A stretch of 32,535 nucleotides of DNA from assembly GCA_051117555.1 (NCBI GenBank), contig JBNPEG010000018.1:1-32535 (forward strand), given 5' to 3'. Below are positions 1 through 7,621 of the stretch, piece after piece. Under the pieces are notes generated by a model. That model searched no databases. It was not told the DNA's origin and saw only the letters and a program-made list of their open reading frames with translations. How positions within the stretch are numbered: the first letter of the stretch is position 1; each line of letters opens with the position of its first letter. The stretch is from Elainellaceae cyanobacterium. Its GTDB lineage: Bacteria > Cyanobacteriota > Cyanobacteriia > CAZCXK01. Made by a program: the position numbers and the translations under genes.

Positions 1-1
1 T

Positions 2-112
2 GAGTTGCGCCAACTGATACGGGAGCGTTTGCTCGCCTTAACCCCTCCCATCGTTGCCTCGATCGCAGGAAGGCAGTCTATTTTGGACGCTTTATCTGTA
101 GCCGGTCTCTAG
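2..112 (+). CDS. Possible 3' end of a gene entering from the left edge (ELRQLIRERLLALTPPIVASIAGRQSILDALSVAGL*)
   Basis: Open frame from base 2 to TAG at 110-112 with a protein-like helical sequence. Too short to assign. Confidence 0.4.
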   Translation, partial: ELRQLIRERLLALTPPIVASIAGRQSILDALSVAGL

Positions 113-273
113 AGAATTGGTATTAGAGGTTACGCTGCTTGATGGTGATCGGTGGGTGTGGCGATCGCCCCCCAATTTGAGGTTAAGTTCTTTGAGGTTT
201 CCGCAAAGATTAAACGTCCCAAAAGATTTTCTATGCTCAGTGAAAGGTTGAGTAGAATTGGGATGTTGGTTGG

Positions 274-317
274 TGGCGATCGCTGCTTGGGAAGTGAAGT
301 AGTTGAGGGGCGATCGC
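274..317. repeat. 44-bp direct repeat, copy 1, carrying a HIP1 site at each end
   Basis: TGGCGATCGCTGCTTGGGAAGTGAAGTAGTTGAGGGGCGATCGC is identical to 1201-1244. Confidence 0.95.
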
Positions 318-319
318 CC

Positions 320-667
320 TTAAATATATCGCACTTGATTTTGCATCTCGTCCGCAGTGACGTGATTGAGGATGGCGAGCAACCGTTGCGCAATCTCTTG
401 AGGACGACGACGAACGGCAAAAATTACACCATGGTGTATCTGTCCTGAATCAAAGTAACTTTGAACAAGTTCCTCAAAGTCAGTTCTATTGTGAGTTGCC
501 AAAGTTCTTGCTTGACTGACAGCATAGGCAAGTTGTTCCGCATCAGTTGCATGAAGCTGTTTTGCATCCCGTGCAGTTATGACATCAAAGCCTCTTGCTC
601 GAAGTAAGTCAGCGATCAAAACATTGACATCTTCATCTAAGTACAAACAGATAAATAAACTGTTCAC
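320..667 (-). CDS. DUF5615 family PIN-like toxin (VapC45-like)
   Basis: Motifs LYLDEDV, TDAEQLAYA, LATHNRTDF and HHGVI. The GTG start overlaps the upstream TGA (GTGA at 667-664). Confidence 0.85.
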   Translation of the reverse strand: MNSLFICLYLDEDVNVLIADLLRARGFDVITARDAKQLHATDAEQLAYAVSQARTLATHNRTDFEELVQSYFDSGQIHHGVIFAVRRRPQEIAQRLLAILNHVTADEMQNQVRYI

Positions 668-945
668 AGATCTCGAACCAATGGATCAATTAACTCATCA
701 GGAATACGGTTTTGTTCAATGTGATGATTAATTTCCTCTTGGTGGTCACTGTAATATGTTAATGCTCCAAAGACCTGTCCTAATGTCAGATGAGGCATCC
801 CCTTGGGAATTTCTTCAGGTGCAACACCCATTCGCCAGGTTTCGACAATTGCTCTGATCGGTGTGCGGGTTCCTCGGATAATAGGTTCTCCATGTAAAAT
901 CTCATCGTCTCGCACAACATAAAGATATTCTGTCGTTTGAACCAT
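664..945 (-). CDS. DUF433 antitoxin (VapB45-like)
   Basis: Motif D.EILHGEPIIRGTRTPIRAIV...LT..QV..AL.YY; SD GGAGG upstream; translationally coupled to the PIN gene. Confidence 0.88.
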   Translation of the reverse strand: MVQTTEYLYVVRDDEILHGEPIIRGTRTPIRAIVETWRMGVAPEEIPKGMPHLTLGQVFGALTYYSDHQEEINHHIEQNRIPDELIDPLVRDL

Positions 946-1012
946 TTTCCCCTCCCAAGGTGGTTGTCCTACATTGTATCGTCCATATCAGTAGTCTCCG
1001 CTATGCAAGACG

Positions 1013-1100
1013 GCATAATAGTTCAAATGCAGCGGACGGTCGGAAAGCCGCTAGTGCAGAGTTCAGTGTTACCTACCGTCGCTTATTTGAGCTGTTAGAC
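1013..1100 (+). mobile_element. Integron attC-like recombination site (degenerate R'')
   Basis: GCATAAT-AGTTCAAATGCAGCGGACGGT ... ACCGTCGCTTATTTGAGCT-GTTAGAC forms an imperfect inverted repeat with two unpaired bases in the left arm. It ends in a perfect GTTRRRY. Confidence 0.65.
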
Positions 1101-1200
1101 CGTTTGAGTTGTCGGTAGGGGCGTAGTTGAAAGCTTACCTATTGGAGCCAGAATATTTCTGAATTCAGCTTGGAGTGATCGCACCTCATTGAAATTAGGA

Positions 1201-1244
1201 TGGCGATCGCTGCTTGGGAAGTGAAGTAGTTGAGGGGCGATCGC
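1201..1244. repeat. 44-bp direct repeat, copy 2
   Basis: Exact match to 274-317. Confidence 0.95.
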
Positions 1245-1304
1245 TTTTGTAAGAAAAGGGGCGAAAGTCAAAAGGAAATCAGGAGCCTCTTAAGCTTCTG
1301 ATTA

Positions 1305-1331
1305 AAGTGGGATAGCTGAGCTACCCCACTT
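1305..1331 (-). terminator. Putative terminator hairpin downstream of the haloperoxidase
   Basis: Minus strand reads AAGTGGGGTAGC-TCA-GCTATCCCACTT followed by TAAT, about 55 bp after the stop. The U tract is short. Confidence 0.45.
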
Positions 1332-1386
1332 CTGATTGTTCAATGATCCATCATCTTAGGATGAATCAATCGGCTTCGATCTTGGT

Positions 1387-3564
1387 TTAGATTCTCACGG
1401 TTCCACCATCAAACAGAGGCACGGTCATTGAGAAGTTTTCACCATAGGTCAGCTTTTGCTCTTCAAGGATGCCCAGGGCGATTTGTTCACCCAGACGAAT
1501 CGACTCGATATAGTCGGTGAAGTAGTGAACGCCAGCCCAGTTGCGGCCAATTGCAATATTCGATGCTAGCTTATTGAGTTCACCTTCAACCGTCAGCCGC
1601 TGACCAATTTTGACCTCTTCAAGTTCAGTGCCGTCTACAGAAGGCTGATAGCAAAAAGGAAGCTGTGCGCCGTGGTCAAAGAAGGCTTTGAGGATGGTAA
1701 CGCAAGCTCCAGCAACGGTTCCGTGACCTGCCCCATATGCTGGGTGCATGGGAGAGCCTTCTGGAAACGCCATCGGCAGTAAGAAGGATGGAGAGGATGC
1801 ACTTGGATCACTGCTGCGATCGCCACACTGATTTTGTTTCTGGTTATGGTCTGCGATCGCATCCAAGAGTTTATCACCAAAGCCATTTGCGAGAGTTTCC
1901 ATCACCTCAACGCCCGCTTTATCTTGAGCCGTGCAATAGCGGTGTAGCAATCCACCCACTGCTTCAGGACGCGCCCGACGGTGAACGTTAAACTTCTGAT
2001 AGCGGACGGCTTTGAGCGCACGAGTAGCAACTTCCGTCACCAGCGACAAGATATGAGGACCTCCAAACTGAGCAAAGCCTTGCTGCTTATCTCTGAAATC
2101 TCTACCTTGGAAGGGGATACCGGGATCAAACGGAATTCCAAGTCCCAGCAGAATCAGACAGGCGTTTAGATAAGCTTCATAGAGTGCGTCGTAGTGAACG
2201 TAGGTTGCTAAGTCTCGCGGCGTCGCCATGAAGCGATAGGCAGGGCTTTCAGAGTAGGTTTCTACGCCGCGCAGGTCTGCTCCATCTTGGACATCGAGCC
2301 AAGCTTCCCAGGTTGTCATGTAGTCTTTGCAAGGCTCAGCCACGCGGACGCGCTGATCGATGCGAATCGACCCATACTGGATTAGCCCATCTTTGAACTC
2401 GTGGATTTTTTCCAATCCTTGATTACCGATGAGCAAAAACTGAGACAGGTAAGGACCAATCTCATCGCCGGGTGTGATGCCCCGAAAAATCGTTTGGGGA
2501 TTAAACCGTTCACGCTGGCGCGATTGTTCTGCCGGACTTAGGCGGCGGTAGTCGAGCCCTTGTATCCAAGGCGTGTTATTGAGGCGGTTTGCAGCGTGTT
2601 GGACGTCGCTGTCGATCGCAAACTTCGCAAACGGGACATCTCGCAACAGCGCCATGAGATAGACTTCCATCATCTCAGTGACCAACTCTGGGCTGTCGAG
2701 CGTTGGTGCGGGTGGCATGGTCACAGCCTGCGCGTCCGGACCTTCCAAATCAAAGGTAGACCCAGCTCCAGCACTTTCCCACGCCCGCACGGGGACATTC
2801 TTCTGAGTTGCAATTTGAGACGTCCAGGTTGGCATTTCAACTCCATCCTGTCCCTTAGGTCCCAGCGGCGTGGCTTTAAAATCTAAGGTGTCACCCGAGT
2901 CGATGCCGCGCACAAATTGCTGAAAATCATCCGCCGAAACAATGAACCCGGTTTCGGGGTCATGAGGCAATCCTTTAGTGAAATTGGCGATGTGGGTCGG
3001 CTTATTATCCGCGTTGCGGTAGATAAGCTCTTCCCCGTTGCTAATTTGAACCGGATGCTCCCGAAAGCTAGCGACTTCAGCCGCATCTTGACGAATTTGT
3101 AACGCACTGAGTCTGCGATCGCGCATGGTCGATTTCCTCCTGGATGAATGTGAGTGAGATAGTCGAGCCCTAACGCGAGAGGTCATCCGCAGATGAGGTC
3201 TCGCACGGACTGGAACACGTCGAGGCTGAGGTCGGTAGGTCTCTGGCTCCGATGGGGCATCGACCTCAATCACGATTTCTGTATCGGGGGTGCTGAGATT
3301 CCACAGCACCGAATCTTCTGTACTGTGCAATAAATAATCGCCCTGAAACACTCTGAAAAACAGATCGGGCTTGCGATCGAACGCCCACTCTTGGAAATCA
3401 GCATTCCGAAATTCGATTTGAAATGCACCCTCTGAATCAGTTGTGCTGACTCCAAGCCGATCATCGACAATCCAATCTTTATCCCAGGCTTCAACTCGCA
3501 ACCCTGAAATTCCACAGCGACTGCTCCGATCCGTCACACGACCGGAAATATGGAAAATTGTCAT
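1387..3564 (-). CDS. Vanadium-dependent haloperoxidase (bromoperoxidase type) with a 146-aa N-terminal extension; alternative start at 3126 gives 579 aa
   Basis: PAP2/VHPO vanadate-binding motifs QKFNVHRRARPE, HPAYGAGH and RNWAGVHY; the segments PRDLATYVHYDALYEAY and EGELNKLASNI resemble algal and cyanobacterial VBPOs. Confidence 0.92.
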   Translation of the reverse strand: MTIFHISGRVTDRSSRCGISGLRVEAWDKDWIVDDRLGVSTTDSEGAFQIEFRNADFQEWAFDRKPDLFFRVFQGDYLLHSTEDSVLWNLSTPDTEIVIEVDAPSEPETYRPQPRRVPVRARPHLRMTSRVRARLSHSHSSRRKSTMRDRRLSALQIRQDAAEVASFREHPVQISNGEELIYRNADNKPTHIANFTKGLPHDPETGFIVSADDFQQFVRGIDSGDTLDFKATPLGPKGQDGVEMPTWTSQIATQKNVPVRAWESAGAGSTFDLEGPDAQAVTMPPAPTLDSPELVTEMMEVYLMALLRDVPFAKFAIDSDVQHAANRLNNTPWIQGLDYRRLSPAEQSRQRERFNPQTIFRGITPGDEIGPYLSQFLLIGNQGLEKIHEFKDGLIQYGSIRIDQRVRVAEPCKDYMTTWEAWLDVQDGADLRGVETYSESPAYRFMATPRDLATYVHYDALYEAYLNACLILLGLGIPFDPGIPFQGRDFRDKQQGFAQFGGPHILSLVTEVATRALKAVRYQKFNVHRRARPEAVGGLLHRYCTAQDKAGVEVMETLANGFGDKLLDAIADHNQKQNQCGDRSSDPSASSPSFLLPMAFPEGSPMHPAYGAGHGTVAGACVTILKAFFDHGAQLPFCYQPSVDGTELEEVKIGQRLTVEGELNKLASNIAIGRNWAGVHYFTDYIESIRLGEQIALGILEEQKLTYGENFSMTVPLFDGGTVRI

Positions 3565-3751
3565 ATTCTCATAACGCTTTACGCTAAATGGTCTGAGGCT
3601 CTGCTTGAGGCTCTACTTATTGAGATGTTCTTATCATGACAGCGGGGATCAGGAATCGACGGCACCCAAGGGGGGTACTTTTTATACCTAATACCTGGCA
3701 AAGAATCCGCGAGAACTGTAGCCTTAGCAGTGAAGGATGGAGGCACAAATC

Positions 3752-5221
3752 ATGGCTGTGCAGGTTCAAACGCCAGAGTGGGTCAAACATGCAATTTTCT
3801 ATCAGATCTTTCCAGATCGCTTTGCTAAGGGCGATCGCACGGCATCGGGTACGTCGATCTCAGACCTAGAACCGTGGGACGCCCCCCCTACGCTTCAGGG
3901 ATATAAAGGCGGCAACTTGTGGGGAGTGATTCAAAACCTCGACTATTTACGAGATTTGGGCATTAACGCAATCTATCTCACGCCGATTTTTCAATCCGCG
4001 TCTAATCATCGCTACCACACCCACGACTATTATCGAGTTGACCCCATGCTAGGAGGCAATGAAGCGCTCCGCGAATTACTCGATGAAGCCCACCAGCGCA
4101 ATATTCGAGTGATCCTAGATGGTGTGTTTAACCACGCGAGTCGAGGCTTTTTCTTCTTTAACGACATTCTGGAGAATGGTCCCTACTCGCCTTGGCTAGA
4201 TTGGTTTAAGATTGAGCGCTGGCCTCTATCTGCCTACGATGGCTCGCTGCCTGCGAATTATCAAAGCTGGACAGACAATCGAGCCTTGCCGCAGTTTAAT
4301 CACGATAATCCAGCAGTGCGTGAATACATCATGCAGGTGGGCGAACATTGGATTAAATTTGGCATCGACGGATGGCGGCTTGACGTGCCGTTTGAAGTCA
4401 AAACGCCTGGGTTTTGGAGCGAGTTTCGCGATCGCATCAAAGCATTGAACCCCGATGCCTACATTGTGGGCGAAGTGTGGACAGATGCCCGACCGTGGCT
4501 CGACGGCACCCAGTTTGACGGCGTGATGAACTATTTGTTCACTGGGCCTACGATTGCGTTTACAGCGGGCGATCGCGTCGTGATGGAACATGCCGAAGAA
4601 CCCGATTATTATCCCTATCCTGCACTTGATGCCCAAGGCTACGCCCAAAAAATTCAGCATCTTCTCCGGCTCTACCCGTGGGATATTCAACTCACTCAAA
4701 TGAATTTGCTGGACAGTCACGATACGGCTCGACTTCTAACGGTAGCCAGTGGTGAGTCTGAAGCGGAAGCTCAATCCAGCTTTTTATTGGCAAGCTTACT
4801 CATGTTTACGTTTCCAGGGGCACCCACCATCTACTACGGAGATGAAGTGGGGCTTTCGGGGGGGCTTGACCCAGACAGTCGGCGTGTCTTCCCTCCCCAA
4901 GCTGAGTGGAACGCAGACATTCTAAATCGCTATAAACAACTCATCGCCCTGCGCCACGAATATACAGCCCTCCGGACTGGCGACTATCAGGTGCTCTTGG
5001 CACAAGATATGACCTATGTCCTGTCTCGTCATTTTGGAGAGGAGGCATTCATCGTTGCCGTTAACGCAGGAAAAACGTCAGTTGAAGTGAATCTGCCGTC
5101 GGCGACACGCCAAGTTCCGTCTCGCCCTGACCGCATCCGATACGGAGATGGCAGTGCTTATTGGTCGCAAGAGACGCTGTCGCTTACGATCCCTGCCCGG
5201 TCTGGGTTAATTCTGGGCTAA
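3752..5221 (+). CDS. GH13 neopullulanase/cyclomaltodextrinase-type alpha-glycosidase
   Basis: Motifs FYQIFPDRF, DGVFNH, DGWRLDV (nucleophile), GEVW (acid/base), DSHD and YYGDEVG. Start set at ATG 3752 behind SD GGAGG; the ORF track starts at 3737. Confidence 0.92.
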   Translation: MAVQVQTPEWVKHAIFYQIFPDRFAKGDRTASGTSISDLEPWDAPPTLQGYKGGNLWGVIQNLDYLRDLGINAIYLTPIFQSASNHRYHTHDYYRVDPMLGGNEALRELLDEAHQRNIRVILDGVFNHASRGFFFFNDILENGPYSPWLDWFKIERWPLSAYDGSLPANYQSWTDNRALPQFNHDNPAVREYIMQVGEHWIKFGIDGWRLDVPFEVKTPGFWSEFRDRIKALNPDAYIVGEVWTDARPWLDGTQFDGVMNYLFTGPTIAFTAGDRVVMEHAEEPDYYPYPALDAQGYAQKIQHLLRLYPWDIQLTQMNLLDSHDTARLLTVASGESEAEAQSSFLLASLLMFTFPGAPTIYYGDEVGLSGGLDPDSRRVFPPQAEWNADILNRYKQLIALRHEYTALRTGDYQVLLAQDMTYVLSRHFGEEAFIVAVNAGKTSVEVNLPSATRQVPSRPDRIRYGDGSAYWSQETLSLTIPARSGLILG

Positions 5222-5244
5222 TTCTAGGCTAATTTTGGGCTAGC
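5201..5244. repeat. Four degenerate tandem 11-mers (consensus TCTGGGCTAAT) across the GH13 stop codon
   Basis: TCTGGGTTAAT TCTGGGCTAAT TCTAGGCTAAT TTTGGGCTAGC. Confidence 0.7.
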
Positions 5245-5315
5245 CCAACGCGATATCAGGAAATCAGACGAATAAATCATGCACCACATTATTCAGCACA
5301 TTCGGTGCTAGTGAA

Positions 5316-6629
5316 TTACGCATCTTGCCTGAGGGTGTTAGATAGACGTTGCGATCGCAGATTAGTGAGAATCATTTCTCGATGGCGAATCGTGGTCACG
5401 GCCACCTCCCACGGAAACGTAAATGACTGAAATGATTCGGGCGAAATGCGATCGACATCTAAATCTACAACCACCCGCTGAAGAATCTTATAGAGCTGGC
5501 GACGGATGGCAGCGAGCTGCTCTAAATCTTCCGTATCTTCAACTTGGGAAATGAGTTCCAAGATTTCTAGGTTATACATGTCAGCGCGATTTTTTTGACG
5601 CCCGACTAACCATAGCCGAAACTGCCAAATACCCGACATAGCCAAAACCGAGACAGATAGCAACACACCAATTGGTTCGGCATACTCAACCAAGAAATTG
5701 GGATCATCCTGGTTGTAATAGGCTCTTGCTCCTGGATGCAGGGGCAATCCTAAGTTTTCGCTCGCATCCGGTAAGCGAATTGTCGCCGATAGAGGATGTT
5801 GCCGCACCAGTTCATTACGAAACTCATGGAGCGATCGCGTAATCTCATAGATCACGTCATGGTTCACGTCAGCCCGAGCTACCATCACGGCCCGCACAGC
5901 AATCACCGACATATTTTCCGGTGGAATCAGCCTGGTTCCGCCATAGGTGCCCTTCGGAATTTGGGTCGCTTCTAAATACGGTAGAGAAAGCTGAAGCGCC
6001 TCGGCTCTGTCGATGGGAATGAGCCGTCCCTGGCTGGCTTTCAACGACTCATTCACAGACTCGTTGCCTAGGGCAATAATCCGAAACAACGCATCCACAG
6101 TGCCTTGTTCTAAGGCCGTATGGGCATCATCAGGAAGCATCGGGACTGCATCAAAATCATCTCCGCTCAGCCCATAGCGCTCGACCAATGACCAAAACAA
6201 CGCATATGATCCACTTCCCTCAGGCATCAGCGCAATCCGCTTGCCCTGTAGGTCTGCCACCTGCTGGATATCTGCATCCTGAGCGGCAATCAAGTGAACC
6301 ATTTCGGGGAACAGAAATGCGACCGCTTGGACTGACGGCTCAACAGGGGTGTCGCTTTGCACCAGCGCAAGCTGAACCGTTCCTTGCTCCGAGCTCTGCA
6401 TATTTTCAAGAGAACCAGCGGTTTCTAGAACTTCAATCTGAATTTTGGGGTAATGGTTAGCAACCACCTGAGCCAGCGCTTCCCCGAATGCGTAATATTC
6501 GCCTTGCTGCCCAGCGGTTGCTAGCCTCAGCGTAAACACTCGGTTTTGTTCACGAATCCACTGCGCGGCAAACACTGTTCCTGCCACAATGCTGAGCAAT
6601 ATGACTGGGAGCGTAAATTTACCCTGCAT
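5316..6629 (-). CDS. TAXI family TRAP transporter solute-binding subunit with C-terminal TM segment and helical tail
   Basis: Motifs LATAG..GEYY, ETAGSLEN, LALVQSD, DLQGKRIA and PLHPGARAYY. Hydrophobic N-terminal anchor plus a second hydrophobic segment PIGVLLSVSVLAMSGIW. Confidence 0.85.
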   Translation of the reverse strand: MQGKFTLPVILLSIVAGTVFAAQWIREQNRVFTLRLATAGQQGEYYAFGEALAQVVANHYPKIQIEVLETAGSLENMQSSEQGTVQLALVQSDTPVEPSVQAVAFLFPEMVHLIAAQDADIQQVADLQGKRIALMPEGSGSYALFWSLVERYGLSGDDFDAVPMLPDDAHTALEQGTVDALFRIIALGNESVNESLKASQGRLIPIDRAEALQLSLPYLEATQIPKGTYGGTRLIPPENMSVIAVRAVMVARADVNHDVIYEITRSLHEFRNELVRQHPLSATIRLPDASENLGLPLHPGARAYYNQDDPNFLVEYAEPIGVLLSVSVLAMSGIWQFRLWLVGRQKNRADMYNLEILELISQVEDTEDLEQLAAIRRQLYKILQRVVVDLDVDRISPESFQSFTFPWEVAVTTIRHREMILTNLRSQRLSNTLRQDA

Positions 6630-6743
6630 TGCTCATTCCCCAACAATCTGATAAACCTGAATCATAAAGCATCGGATTGATTCGGTGAAGCCTTAAACTG
6701 TAGGATGCTTGTCGTATATATTCAACCCTACGTTAGGTCACTC

Positions 6744-7475
6744 GTGCGAAATATTGTTATTGCTGGCAACTGGAAAATGCATAAAACTCAAGCGGAATCG
6801 CTTGAGTTTCTACAGGGTTTTATGTCTCAACTCAACGAAACCCCCGAGGAGCGCGAAGTCGTTCTCTGTGTTCCTTATACTGCTTTGGGAGCGTTATCCA
6901 AAAATCTGCATGGCAGCCGGGTTAGGCTGGGCGCTCAGAATGTTCACTGGGAATCTAGCGGTGCTTATACCGGAGAAATTTCTAGCGACATGCTGAAAGA
7001 GTTTGGTGTGCGATATGTGGTTATCGGGCACAGCGAACGCCGTCAATATTTTGGAGAAACAGATGAGACGGTTAATCTTCGCTTAAAGGCATCTCAAAAA
7101 TATGGCTTAACGCCAATTTTGTGCGTGGGTGAAACCAAGCAGCAGCGAGACGCAGGCGAAACAGAAACCCTCATTAAAGGGCAACTTCAAACTGATTTAA
7201 TAGATGTTGAGCAGCAGAATCTGGTCATTGCGTATGAGCCGATTTGGGCGATTGGAACAGGAGCTACGTGCGAAACGACTGAAGCCAATCGTGTTGTTGG
7301 CTTAATTCGAAGTCAACTCAGCAATACGGACGTCCCTATTCAATATGGCGGATCGGTGAAGCCAGGTAATATCGACGACATCATGGCTCAACCTGAAATT
7401 GATGGGGTTTTAGTGGGCGGTGCAAGTCTAGATCCGTCTGACTTTGCACGAATCGTAAACTATAGCGATCGCTAG
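6744..7475 (+). CDS. tpiA: Triosephosphate isomerase
   Basis: Motifs [28 protein letters not shown] and LVGGASL. Likely GTG start at 6744; the ORF track starts at 6705. Confidence 0.97.
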   Translation: MRNIVIAGNWKMHKTQAESLEFLQGFMSQLNETPEEREVVLCVPYTALGALSKNLHGSRVRLGAQNVHWESSGAYTGEISSDMLKEFGVRYVVIGHSERRQYFGETDETVNLRLKASQKYGLTPILCVGETKQQRDAGETETLIKGQLQTDLIDVEQQNLVIAYEPIWAIGTGATCETTEANRVVGLIRSQLSNTDVPIQYGGSVKPGNIDDIMAQPEIDGVLVGGASLDPSDFARIVNYSDR

Positions 7476-7589
7476 AGCGCTTTACCCCTTGACCGTAAGC
7501 TAGAAATCACCACTAGGGCTGCTTGTTTGTAAACAGGGAATATGGGAGATGCCCCCACCCGGGGCTCATCCCTGAACCCCATTCAGATC

Positions 7590-7621
7590 CTAGGATTGCT
7601 ATAGACTAGGATTGCTATAGA
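7590..7621. repeat. Tandem 16-bp duplication CTAGGATTGCTATAGA resembling the end of the 92-bp element family
   Basis: Copies at 7590-7605 and 7606-7621. GATTGCTATA also ends the element at 19811-19820. Confidence 0.75.

Noticed and set aside
130..448. ORFs 130-420 (-) and 152-448 (+)
   Set aside because: They overlap the PIN toxin and repeats, with no recognisable motifs; shadow ORFs.
274..1244. 44-bp repeats as a CRISPR array
   Set aside because: Only two copies, 927 bp apart with genes between them, and no cas genes.
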